DNA of 44,393 bases, taken from contig JAUCBJ010006481.1 in NCBI GenBank assembly GCA_032718475.1, positions 1 through 44,393 on the forward strand. Reading direction: 5' to 3'. Numbering within the stretch: the stretch's first letter is position 1; every line of letters begins with the position of its first letter. The notes under the pieces were generated by a model that worked only from the letters and a program-made list of their open reading frames with translations, was not told the origin of the DNA and did no database searches. Below are positions 12,946 to 24,194 of the stretch, piece by piece. A program made the position numbers and the translations under genes. This DNA comes from Nemertoderma westbladi. Lineage: Eukaryota; Animalia; Xenacoelomorpha.

Positions 12946-13366
12946 GGATATAAATGGAATATGTCATCGATGCGAGGTAGAAGGACACAGACTCGGAGAG
13001 TGTAGAGAAACACCGATAGAATATGACGAGACTGATGAGACTGGAGGCCAAACTATGGCTACGAGCACGACGGGAGCAAGGAGAAAGAGGACAGTACTAC
13101 TCGGGGTAGTTTATTATTTTATATTTATTTAATCCGGTTCATAAATAGAATCCAACCATAATACATACCCACGTAAATGTAGATGTAGATGTAAATGTAA
13201 TATAAATGTATTTAATTAATTAATCTCCTACCCCAAATCGATTCAGCCATATTCTGGAACTATGCAATGTGCACATATTAACCATTAATACAATATTGTT
13301 ATTAGTCTTGTTTACCTTATTGTATAAACTTTGTATGGAACAATATCGAATATGAATGAAGCAAGG

Positions 13367-16085
13367 TTAATTATTGGTACCAAAAAATAAAGACATACTA
13401 GAACGGAAAGGTAACTTGAAAAATATACGTGCAGCCGAATTATAAGCAACCTTCAGTCGATTATACACAAACTCAGAATAATTCAAAGACGACCATAAAG
13501 CATTATAATATAGTGGAGTGATATATGACCTAAAAAGTGTAAGTTTCATGGAGTTCGTACAGTTACCAAATTTCCTACATAATGTATTTGCACGTGCATA
13601 TAAGCCTCTAGTTACATTCTTGATATTGTAATCATCATCTCTACTTTCATGAATGACGTGCCCTAAGTAAATATACTCTAGAAATTACTCTATCGTGTAA
13701 GTACATAGGTGCCATATTAACTAGGTTGCTCGAATGGTGATTGAAAAACATAATCTTTGATTTCTTTAGGTTAAACAAAATACTGAGGCTGATACTGTAA
13801 ACAAAACACGTATTTATTAGTAATCGTAAACCTATGGCAGAGTTAGATAATAAACAGATGTCGTCAGCATACATTAGATGGTTAATTCTGTACCCGTCAA
13901 ACATGCATCCAACATTAGTGCACAGAAGTTTATCCGATAAATTATCCATATACACATTAAATAAATACTGACTTAGAATACCGCCTTGTTTTATACCATT
14001 TTTTACATGAAACCTATCAGGTAATGTAGACCCCCATTTGACCTGTAGAGTTTGAAACCTATACCAGTAAATTAGAGTCCTAATAATAAATAGTGGTATA
14101 TTTCTATCCAATAACTTATGAAAAAGCGTATCATGCACAATTCGATCAAAAGCTTTACTAGCATCAAGAAAGCATACGTAAACGGACGAGTCATTGTGTA
14201 AGTAGTAATCAATGATCTCTGTTAAACTATAAACACATAATTCGGTACCACTTTTGGACTTAAACGAAAACTGAAAATCACTTATAATTAGTTATGTTTC
14301 TATACGAGCAAATAATATATATTCGAATATCTTACTGAAAATATCTGATAACGCAATTGGTCTATAGTTACATTTATCATCCATTATATTATTTTTATCC
14401 TTAATTATGGGTACAAGTACGCTATGGATTATGCTCTCGGGAAGAAAGCCATGCACATTAATTGCACTTAACAGGATAGCCAGCATAGTATTCAGTATAC
14501 TACATTCACCAAAAATGAAATGTTCGGCACTAATACCATCTGGTCCAGCTGATTTACCAGCTTTCAGATTTGAAATAGCACAACTAATTTCTAACGGACT
14601 AATAATCATATCTTGTGAAAAAATAATATCCAATAAACTCTCTTCAACACTACGCACATGAAAATCATTATTAACACCATTACAATTAAATAAATCCGAA
14701 TAAACCGTTTTAAACATATTACCGATTTGTTCTGCACCAACGGCACCACTAACAACATTTGGTAGTGGTACATTAATATTATTTTCCTTTTTGACATTTT
14801 TCCAAAAATCCTGACTATCTTTTTGTAAATGTGAAGTTGCCAGTTTATCTGCCTTAAAAGCAGCCTTATTTCGTTTGGACTGACGTAAGGCACGTTTGAA
14901 TGTCGCCTTACGTACAAGATACTGGCGATGCAGCTCACCCTGATGTGGCGAGCCTGCATCTCGCCACTGTTTAAAAAGTACACGGGATAGTTCGTACTTT
15001 TCACGAACTGTGTCGTTCCATCCCGGAATATTATGGGTATTCTGGGATTCACTATTAATTGCCTTTGGAATCCATTTATTTGCGCAATCGCTAATTTTAT
15101 TTTCAATTGATTCCCAAAGATTCGTAATACATGTAGTATGATCCGTGTTTCGACATGTTGCATTAGTACAAGTTAAAACATCTGGAATCTGTATACCACA
15201 AAAGGCGGCGTCGAGATCTATACGATAATTTTGTAGATCACCTAAAGTCGCTTTATCCCACAATAACCTCTTGGTTCTGATGGACTCAGACTGTGATTGT
15301 TGAAAATTTTCCGAGATAATACTAATAGGTTCAATACAAAGACTAAGCAGAAGCGGCATATGATCCGTAACTGTTAAGTCATAATCTATATATATATCTC
15401 GTAAAATACTAGTACAACTAGGTGTTACCACAACATGGTCAAGCCATGAACTCGTGCCATACACAGCACTAACAAAAGTAAACATTGAGTTACTTAAATG
15501 ATCAACATCAAAAATATTGAGATTAAAATCTCTGCACCACTCAGTTAGTTCATTAAAAAACATTCTTCCTGGTGCCGCATTAAAATCTCCAATAATACAA
15601 CAACCGTTTGATGGTGTTGACTCAATCAGTGAGCGTAACCTACCTAGGTATTCTAAATATAAGTCCATATTATCATTCGACTCATATGGTAGATATACAT
15701 TAATTATCAGTATTTTATCGCCATTTACACCATTAATATAAAACGGCATCACTCTAGGGTCCTCAGAGTGAATACGCTCTATAGCTGGAACCAATTCTTG
15801 TCTCACTAGAATAGCTAAGCCGCCATAAGGGCGACCAACTCGCAAACTTAATGGTAGATCGACTGGAGATGACCCGTACGGTACAAATTCCTTATGTATA
15901 GTGCTAAGAAACGCGAGTTCTTGTTTAGGCAACATGTGTGCTTGTACCAGTATTATATCAGATCTTTCATACAAATTACGGACTACTAAAAGAGATTCGT
16001 CAGTACGTATAGAATTACAGTTGTATGTTGCAACACGAATAACGTTAGTGCTCTGTTCTGTAGTAGTAGTAGTAGTAGCAGCCAT
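13367..16085 (-). pseudogene. LINE ORF2 (AP endonuclease + reverse transcriptase), disrupted
   Basis: EN motifs (ATYNC, IIGDFNA, SSWLDH, TDHMP) and RT motifs. One in-frame TAA at 14292-14294 (the frame continues as FQFSFK..FLDASKAFDRI) and a frameshift near 13670. Confidence 0.9.
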
Positions 16086-16207
16086 GATGAAAAATTAATA
16101 TAAAATTACATGAATATTTACATAAATATATAAACAAAATATTTTTACTTCATTTATCAGAATGATCAGTTTCCACCGAGTTTACACTATTAATACCACC
16201 CAAATCG

Positions 16208-17458
16208 TTATTGCCGACCTGTGTCCCCTGATAGATTACCTGACTGTGGTGGTCGCAGTCTATACTGGAACTTCCGAATGCGGCTGAATTCCGGCCAATT
16301 ATCAGGGTCTAATAATTTGTCCTCCTCTCGCCCCTGTGTGCAGATCAACATAAACGAGGAAAACCTTCCCCCTTCCTTGGATAGCTTCTTGCAACTGATT
16401 GCTAGTTCCATCGTCTTGTGGATACATATTCCATGATCTGTTTTTCGGTTAAATGTGCTGCACAGCCAGAGAGATGCACTCGTTTCATTGGTGCAACCGT
16501 ATCGAATGATGGAATTAGATGTGCCAAATTTGAAGTTGGTACCGGTACCGGTACCGCCAGCTACGCCGCCTGCACCACTCATGCGAACGTTTCTGTGACC
16601 AGATGGACCCATATTGCGATCAGTATGCGCGGAATCCTGCACAAACTGCTCCGGTCTGATCCGCCCATCAGGACACTGAGTATACCACATCCCCAAATCA
16701 TCCGTGTTGTCTGCCTCACTTCTGCTATACTCCGACTGAATCATACCTGACAAAGCAGCATACGGGTTACTGCTAAGATACGACCGTGGATCCCAAGTTT
16801 GATTAGACGGCGCAGTACGCCGTGGTCGACCCGGAGGTGGACGAATTGGCGGGCCCGAGGCTCGCCTTAACACATCGCTGTATATAGGCATAGGCCTATG
16901 TCTTTCAGCGCAAATTGATCCGACCCCATCTCCTGCGGCCGCAGAAGGCTGGACACCTACAGCAGGTACAGATGGTGGTTCCACAATCCCGGCTGGCAGT
17001 GGCGTCAGCAAAACCCGTACGTCTGGTTCAGCTTCTGCCGGCCTACCACCACCGGTAATCTGATCCGGTGTTCGTGTTTCGAGTACAGCTACTCGGTCCT
17101 GAAGTTCGCTTAGTTTCAGCAACATGTACGATAAATCTGAGCCAGATAAGGCAAATGGCGGTAGAATACACGGATTACCAGAAACAAAGTTTGGTTTTCC
17201 GGGATCACGGATTCCAACAAAATATGCGGATTCAAACATATCTACAATATCAGTAACAATGGACTTAGGCATACTACCGCCAGATTTCCGCTGTTTGGCA
17301 AAGTTCTCGGCAGACATCGTTGCGTCATCACAGGGTAGGATATGAAACAATACTTGTTTAGCATCCTTCAATAAGTCGTTTCCAAATTTCAGCCAGCTAT
17401 CAATCGTATCCAGAATGGCGAGCCTGGGTAAGCCAAGGCGAACATGGGTGCTCCACAC
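16208..17458 (-). CDS. LINE ORF1 protein (RTEX-type)
   Basis: 416-aa ORF immediately upstream of ORF2, with VNDVLSYV just upstream, LPP..D.S.LL coiled-coil and 'WPE..RIRKF' C-terminus. The true ATG is probably 17526, with a frameshift. Confidence 0.75.
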   Translation of the reverse strand: MWSTHVRLGLPRLAILDTIDSWLKFGNDLLKDAKQVLFHILPCDDATMSAENFAKQRKSGGSMPKSIVTDIVDMFESAYFVGIRDPGKPNFVSGNPCILPPFALSGSDLSYMLLKLSELQDRVAVLETRTPDQITGGGRPAEAEPDVRVLLTPLPAGIVEPPSVPAVGVQPSAAAGDGVGSICAERHRPMPIYSDVLRRASGPPIRPPPGRPRRTAPSNQTWDPRSYLSSNPYAALSGMIQSEYSRSEADNTDDLGMWYTQCPDGRIRPEQFVQDSAHTDRNMGPSGHRNVRMSGAGGVAGGTGTGTNFKFGTSNSIIRYGCTNETSASLWLCSTFNRKTDHGICIHKTMELAISCKKLSKEGGRFSSFMLICTQGREEDKLLDPDNWPEFSRIRKFQYRLRPPQSGNLSGDTGRQ

Positions 17459-17754
17459 ATAGGATAAGACGTCGTTTACAACATGTTGACAGTTTCTATT
17501 TCGTTCCCTTGTTTAGGGGTCCCCATTTAGCCAGGTATTACTGAATTACCGGTCACCGGTTACCAGTAATTGGTAGTCGCTGAGTCGTGTAGGCTGGTAG
17601 GCCTACCACAATTCTTAATTCCACAATTCAGATAGCAGTACTGGTACTCAATACAGCAGTACAGCAGTACAGTTGCATCATAGTCCAGGAGTATGCAGCA
17701 TTGAATAGAAGTTAAGATATAACAGGAAAGGACGGGCTATCGGCCACAACATTA

Positions 17755-18648
17755 ATGTTGGTCGATAGTGGAGCAGCATTCACGTTAATGGAGAGTTGGC
17801 TGGCCGAAAGGATAGGGTTACAGACGAGGCCTAGCAAGATGGCGGTAACCACTATCTCCAATAAGGACGAGGTTATGAGAATGAGAACGAGGTGTTGCGA
17901 GATATCAGCGATAACACCAGGGTGCGGCTATGGGGCTACCATCGAACCCATCCAAATAATAGAATCGATTAATATCAACGCCAGGCGACCGATGAAGATC
18001 GAGATAGAGCAATACCGGTACCTGGACAACATCGATTTCTCCGTGCCCGAGCTGGATGTCCTGAAGGTATCTCTCATAGTCGGCATGGACTGCCCAACGG
18101 CCCACGATAGACTACAGACCATTTTCGGTGATGACAGGGAGCGAGACCCGATGGCCATTCTCACGTCATTTGGATGGATGCTCACTGGTCCAATTAAGAC
18201 GGGGACACCCTTTGGTGTGTCCGAGACATCAGGGTGCATGCTGTCAGGCACTGTTGAGGACATAGAGGAGAAACCAGAGACGGGCGATGGGGATGTCCCA
18301 TGTGAGAAGCGGCCCGGGGAAGGATACCAGGAGTTGGGTATGGATCTGGAACCACGCATAGTGGAGCGTGGTGAAAGGATAGAGGATAGTTCCAGAGAAA
18401 TACCGTCGGTAGATGAGTTAGGAGGGGAAGCAACAGCAAGAGAGTGGGCAGAGGAGAATGGATACGACGCAGAAGACTTAAAGACGATGGGATGGAACAA
18501 GGATGTTCCCGGCAAGTATCAGTATAAGGATGGAGAAGAGTGGACGCCGAGATGTCCGGACAAGTGTCCGGAGGAGACGCCGGTCCGGTTGAGAGGCATA
18601 CCGAGAAGGGGGATGTCAAATAAGAAGACAGGTTGGAAAGGGATATGA
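17755..18648 (+). pseudogene. Bel/Pao aspartic protease region of element A
   Basis: LVDSGAAFTLM catalytic motif, LIVGMD, AILTSFGWMLTGP; truncated at the 5' side by the LINE insertion. Confidence 0.85.
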
Positions 18649-19094
18649 TTACTATTATCCATTCTGTTTTATCTATTCTTTCGATTTCTTTTCATTCTAC
18701 CGCCAGGTGATGACAAGATGAAGGGTGGCATTTTGCTGCCAGGGGACCATGAGGAAATCAAGAAGGCGACCGAAAGACCTGATTTTAGGGTGGTGGAGGA
18801 GGGAGGATCAATTCCTAGAGAGTTGGAATTGACAAGGAGAGTGGGGCGAAGGATAAGAGGACCTACAGGGGGGCAGTGGGAGAGTGCCTGCTGGAAGAAT
18901 CGCCCTTAGAGTTTAGTTGTCCAATATGTTGGACTGAGGTTGGTGGGAATGAGGGCGAGATGCCCTTCCCACACAAAATATAAAAATAAATAATAAAGCA
19001 AATAATAAATAAGTAGTAAGATAGTAGAAAGTAATAGTAGTAGACAGTACGTAGTACTAAGTAGTAGGGTACATAGAATCGTGAAGGTTAGAAG

Positions 19095-19645
19095 TTATGG
19101 GCACCGAGAGCGCCACGTAGTAAGAGAGTAGAGAGTATGGTATATAGGCATACCATAGAAGTAGTAGTAGAGAGAGTATGGTATATAGGCGTACCATAGA
19201 AGTAGTAGTAGAGAGAGTATGGTATATAGGCATACCATAGAAGTAGTAGCAGAGGGGTTGTGGGCACCAAAAGCGCCACGTAGTAAGAGAGTGAAGGGTA
19301 TGGCATGCAGGTATACCATAGAAGTAGTAGCAGAGGGGTTGTGGGCACCGAAAGCGCCACGTAGTAAGAGAGTGAAGGGTATGGTATGTAGGTATACCAT
19401 AGAAGTAGTAGCAGAGGGGTTGTGGGCACCGAAAGCGCCACATAGTAAGAAAGTAGAGGGTATGGTATGTAGGTATACCATAGAAGTAGTAGCAGGGGGG
19501 TTGTGGGCACCGAAAGCGCCACGTAGTAAGAGAGTAAAGGGTATGGTATGTAGGTATACCGTAGAAGTAGTAGCAGAGGGGTTGTGGGCAGCGAGAGCGC
19601 CACGTAGTAAGAAAGTAAAGGGTATGTAGGCATACCATAGTAGTA
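19095..19645 (+). repeat. ~81-bp tandem repeat with two hairpins per unit (inside element A)
   Basis: Units GTTGTGGGCACCGAAAGCGCCACGTAG...TATGGTAT GTAGGT ATACCATA; about 6 copies. Confidence 0.9.
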
Positions 19646-19765
19646 ATATGGTACATAGTAAGAAGGAAGAAGGAAGGTAGATAGGATGATAGCACAGACA
19701 GGGGGCAACATAGATAAAATTAAAATAAAACTAAGAAAAATTGGCACTGTGGGGGTGGTAGAGAA

Positions 19766-19946
19766 CACAGGACATTGTGGAGCAGTGGGGATGGGCCAGC
19801 TCATAGGCCTTGTCTGCCACAATCCGATGGACTGGGGCAAGTTCCGGGAGGAGCACAGAGCGGGCACAGGACATTGTGGAGCAGTGGCGATGGGCCAGCT
19901 CACGGGGCTTTGTCTGCCACAAGCCGATGGACTGGGGTAAGTTCCG
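19766..19946 (+). repeat. ~99-bp direct duplication in element A
   Basis: CACAGGACATTGTGGAGCAGTGG...GACTGGGG.AAGTTCCG occurs twice. Confidence 0.8.
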
Positions 19947-20079
19947 AGAGGGGTAGGGAGCGGTACTGGCGAACTCACTGAAATGGGGAGCGAGGCCAGG
20001 AAAACAGGAGGTATATCAGTTCCGAAGGGGAGCAAAAAAGATATATCAGAAGAGATATATCCTACAGGAGGATTGGGTA

Positions 20080-21717
20080 ATGATAGGTTTATTAAACCTA
20101 TTCATGGCCGTGGTTATCGGAAGAGAGCCAACGGCGTTTCTGCTATCAGGAGCACCTCTAAACTACAGGAGAGCCTTTAAGGTTGCCTTCGAAGGTCTGC
20201 TAGACCACCCGGGGCTGAAGGGTGAGTCGGTATACTACAATAGCGGGCACCTAGTAGACAGAGAGGTGGACACACCATACAAGAGGTGGGAGAAGCTGGA
20301 GGCGGATAGAATCGAGGAGAAGAGGCTGGAGGAGATCGCCAGGCGAGAAAGGAGGGAGACAGACAAGAGGGAGGCGGATATAAGGGGAGAGGAGTACGGG
20401 TTCATAGTCCAGGACTTGGAGGAGCAAAGGGGGGGATCAGGGAGCTCGGGCGAGTTTCTGGGGGAGGAACTGGGATGGACGGAGGGATCACCGAAACAGT
20501 CAACATCGGGATAGCAAGTGATGCCCATACCAGGGGGCTCCGAGGGCGATTTTGCAAGGAAGAGACCGAGGGAGCAGAAAGGATGGAAAGTTACGGGTGG
20601 AAACCGAGGCGGAAACGGGCACAGTGGATCTACCGGACTACCGGGTCCGGATCCACTCCCAGCGAGAGAGGAAGATGACAACGAGTTTGGGGAAATGCCG
20701 CCCATTGAGAGGATCGGCCACTCAGATACGGACTGGGTGGATGGGAGAGTGATGACGGCCAGCAGGGCGAGAGCCTTCTGGGATAAACCCGGCAAGCGGG
20801 CCTGGGTGCATAAGGAGCCGGCGATGGATTTTGCGGGAAGCACCATCAGGTTGGGCGAGCAGCAGGGAACGGCACCACGGGTAGTGTTTGGGGAGACGAT
20901 GCTGAGGGGGGAGGAGGACATGGATATGGGTAGGGACCACAATGTCCAGATGTTTGCCTATCAACGGCTCCACAGACCTAGGAGACCACTCGGGACAAAG
21001 GACGACTTGGGGCGGAACGCATTGATACACGGCTGTGACTACTGCGGGAGGCTAACTCACCAGTAAAAGAGCTGTTTGTATCGATTTCAGAAGGGGGCGA
21101 GCTGTCTCTACTGCCGCGAGTCGTCCATTAGGATGGGTGCATGCCCGAGGCTGCACAACCGCTGCTCAAAGTGTAACTTTCAAGGGCACCATGGGCGCCA
21201 ATGCGACTGGATGGACGATGAATAGAAGTTTAAAATCTTCGAGGAGTGGGCCGACGTCGGCATCATGATGCGGCAGAGGATGAAGGCCCAGGAGTTCCAG
21301 TGGGGCTTCTTCAACATCAATCTGGGAGCCCACCAGGAGATTATCAAGAGGAGACTCCCATTCATATACCAGGAGGTAGTGACAGCGGCATCGTATGGAG
21401 GAGTCATCAACACACAGAGATACTTGGATAGATGGACGCCAGAGAACAGAAGCGAGTTCAGGGACTTTCTGGCGGAACACGTGCCGCAAGCGATGAAAAT
21501 GATCCTGTGGGACGCTAACAGGGGGAAGCAGGCGGGGCACTCGGAAGGGCCACCTGCAAAGTGTTACAAAGAATCGACAATGGGGATTAGCAAGGCAGTA
21601 ACGGCAAGAATGAGAGGTCTCAGGGAGGAGAAGCTGGAGGGAAGGAAGCGGCCCAGACAAGATGATGACAGGGGGAAAGAACTAAGATGGTTCCCGAAGA
21701 CGGGAGGAGCGAACTAG
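20080..21717 (+). pseudogene. Accessory ORF (~545 codons) with three zinc-knuckle-like motifs, broken by three stops
   Basis: ORFs 20080, 20518 and 21265 share one frame, with stops at 20512, 21064 and 21223. Motifs CDYCGRLTHQ*KSC, CLYCRESSIRMGAC and CSKCNFQGHHGRQC. Confidence 0.75.
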
Positions 21718-22487
21718 AACTCAGAGAGGGAGAAGTGGGCGTGCCTGGAAGGCACCACATGTGGGAATAAATACGAACTCCTAAGTGCAAATAATTAAGT
21801 GCAATTAGTATGTACGTATGTAGATAATTAATATAATCAATATGAATATATAATCAAAGTAAGTACTATAGTCATATATAACCTTTTCCAATTAGCTACT
21901 GGGATTGGGGACCACTTGACTATGATAATTGGACGAGACATTAGACGGATCCCATTTCTCAAGTGTGGCCACACTAATGAGGATGTGGGAGCTTCACAGG
22001 AGGGTACGGAGGATGAAAACAAATATGGGTTGAGTATAGGAGAACGGGGGAAGTATGGAGAGGAGGTGTTGACATGCGTAGAAGTGAGAGGAGTGAAATT
22101 CAAGCGTGGGGAGCGAGCAGGGAGAGAGGAAGAGTCCCAAGGGACTGGAGAGAGAATAAGGGACGACGAGGTCCGTGAGAGAGAGAGTAAGGGACAGAGA
22201 GGTCCGAGAGTAAGATTGAGTGAGGTAGAAAAGTTTGTGAAGAGAGAGCACAATTGTCTCAAACAGAGACACCAGATACCTTGGTGCAACATAGCTCGCG
22301 ATTGCACCAAGGAGGGGTAGTAATAACATACCCAGGGGGGCGGGGGGGGGGGGGGGGCGCAGGAAAGCCGACCCCGAGAAAAGAACTCCACCCCACACCC
22401 AATATTAGGTTGGGTTCCAGCGGAATTGAAGCGCACTTAAGGTTGATGCTATCTTCTCACCGGCAAGATAGCATGGGGGGGGGGGAG

Positions 22488-23165
22488 TGTAAGCGGATTC
22501 AATTCCGATGCATTACCCACCCGAGAATGGTACCAGTGGCATTTTATTAATATAGTTGGGGATACGAGATTACCAATAATAATCTCGCCCCATAACCAAC
22601 TTTAGGGGGGGGGGGGGCGACACAAGCCCTAAAGCCACAGAGAGAGGTGAGAGGTCAAACCACCTCGGAGGGAGAACACAGCTAGTAGAGGCTAGCAGCG
22701 GGGGAAAACACTCACAGGGAGTGCCAAAGTGACAATTAGTATATTAGCCAATAGCAGGGAGGGAAGCACGTGAACAGAGATAGGAAAGCATCCACTGGGT
22801 ACAGAAGGCCAAGTAGAGTAAGAGGTGAAACCAATATCTGTGTGTATCAATCTTATATTATTCTGTATTACTGATTTACCGGTCAGTTCATTAATCACAG
22901 AGTTGGGGACCGGTCATAGTTTATGACCGTCACCGCCACCAACATCACCAATTAATATCTGTGTATTTTCTGCTGTCATTCTGTATCGTGATATTCATTA
23001 CATACTGATTCTGTGCTATTATCATCTGGAACATTAATATTGAGAAACTCAAACTACATTATTTTCCCCGACGGCCTTCGGCCAAAACGACTATAGTACA
23101 ACAGCCCCAGCAGAATGGTGACGCGTACAAAATCTAACCCGGTCGGGATCTACGATCCCGTCACA
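22488..23165 (+). repeat. 3' LTR of element A (678 bp)
   Basis: TGTAAGCGG...GATCCCGTCACA, preceded by the polypurine tract GGGGGGGGGGGAG; termini homologous to the element B LTRs. Confidence 0.9.
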
Positions 23166-23540
23166 ATTTTAGTTAGGGACAAGTACTTTCGACGCGCTAG
23201 ACGTATTGTTTCAGGAGTTCTATCAAAGAGAAATAACTGGCCCACTAAATTTAGGGGCTTTCCAGCAGCTTGGCGGGTCGTATCTATAGTAGGTCATGTG
23301 TCGATTTAATTAAACACCAAACTTATAAACTGTAGATTTAATTAAACACCAATGTTATAAACTGTAGATTTAATAAAACACCAAAGTTATGTAGATTTAA
23401 TGAACCATTTTAAACACCAAATTTCTATACAATTAATAAAGCCTTTTGACCAACAAAGTTTTTGTAACTGATCTGCATACAGAGAGAGACAACACAAAGC
23501 AGTTAGCAATCAATCACCATCACCAACATAATAAATAGAA

Positions 23541-23938
23541 CTAGACGTCGCAGACTATGTCACTGACAGATTCGCTGTAGATCACCTCACTGGAAGCACC
23601 GGTGTCCCCAACCTGTAATTTCGTGATGGGCAGTAAATTCTTGTCATCAACAACAATTGTCTCGAGACATTCGGTAGAGCTCTGATGACAAGTTGTCGTC
23701 CTCCCGATATTGAATACATGCTTGGTGGCATAGCGATCAGCAAAACACAAATCATAGCTGGAGACGCCCTTAGATGAGAGTGTTATGGTTTGGGAGCAGC
23801 TGAGCGCTCTGTCTATGATATCACGGACTTCCGCAACGCCCTGCTCATAACTAACGTTGATATCATATCCACATTTGGCTTCAGGTCCACTTGGTCCAAC
23901 CTTCTCGCTTACCAATGTCGCAGGAATAGTGGTTTTTC
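23541..23938 (-). CDS. Host gene terminal exon: Caspr/neurexin-IV-type fibrinogen-like domain, copy 3
   Basis: Acceptor tttcctaaAG, phase 1, ending in TAG. DKNLLPITKLQVGDTG..SE...SDIVC resembles the Caspr 'LPV..I..GDT......GPL.C' segment. Confidence 0.75.
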
Positions 23939-24194
23939 CTTTAGGAAAAAATATAAATATAGCAGAAACCATTCTACAATCACGTTATGTAATAACAAAA
24001 TTTATCCTGGTTAAAGCAACATTGTTTGTTAAATTATTTTAATAATATTAGAATTATACAGTATTACAATGTAATGTACTGAACGGGATGTCGAAAATCG
24101 TAACAAAATATTCGATTCGATTCGACTTTTTAAATTAAACATAATCACAGCCTAGATTGATTGAATAAATTATATGCTTGCAATGTTGTACAAA

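Larger units (their letters stand above)
13111..17718 (-). mobile_element. Near-full-length RTEX-like non-LTR retrotransposon (two ORFs)
   Basis: ORF1, then EN-RT ORF2 with GIKQGGILSQYLFNVYMDNL, INHLMYADDI and a C-terminal LFRSY..LW...LKVAYN..R. A-rich (TAA) 3' tail at 13111-13130. Confidence 0.85.
12961..23165 (+). mobile_element. Bel/Pao-derived LTR element A: 5'-truncated, interrupted by a LINE, no RT/RNaseH/IN
   Basis: Order is gag end (12961-13110), protease (17719-18648), hairpin repeat array, extra ORF, PPT, then 3' LTR 22488-23165. Homologous to element B at 18880-18985 and 22230-22510. Confidence 0.85.

Noticed and set aside
19057-20035. Several long overlapping ORFs (212, 315, 128, 136 aa)
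   Set aside because: By-products of an 81-bp (multiple of 3) tandem repeat; the translations are periodic and domain-free.
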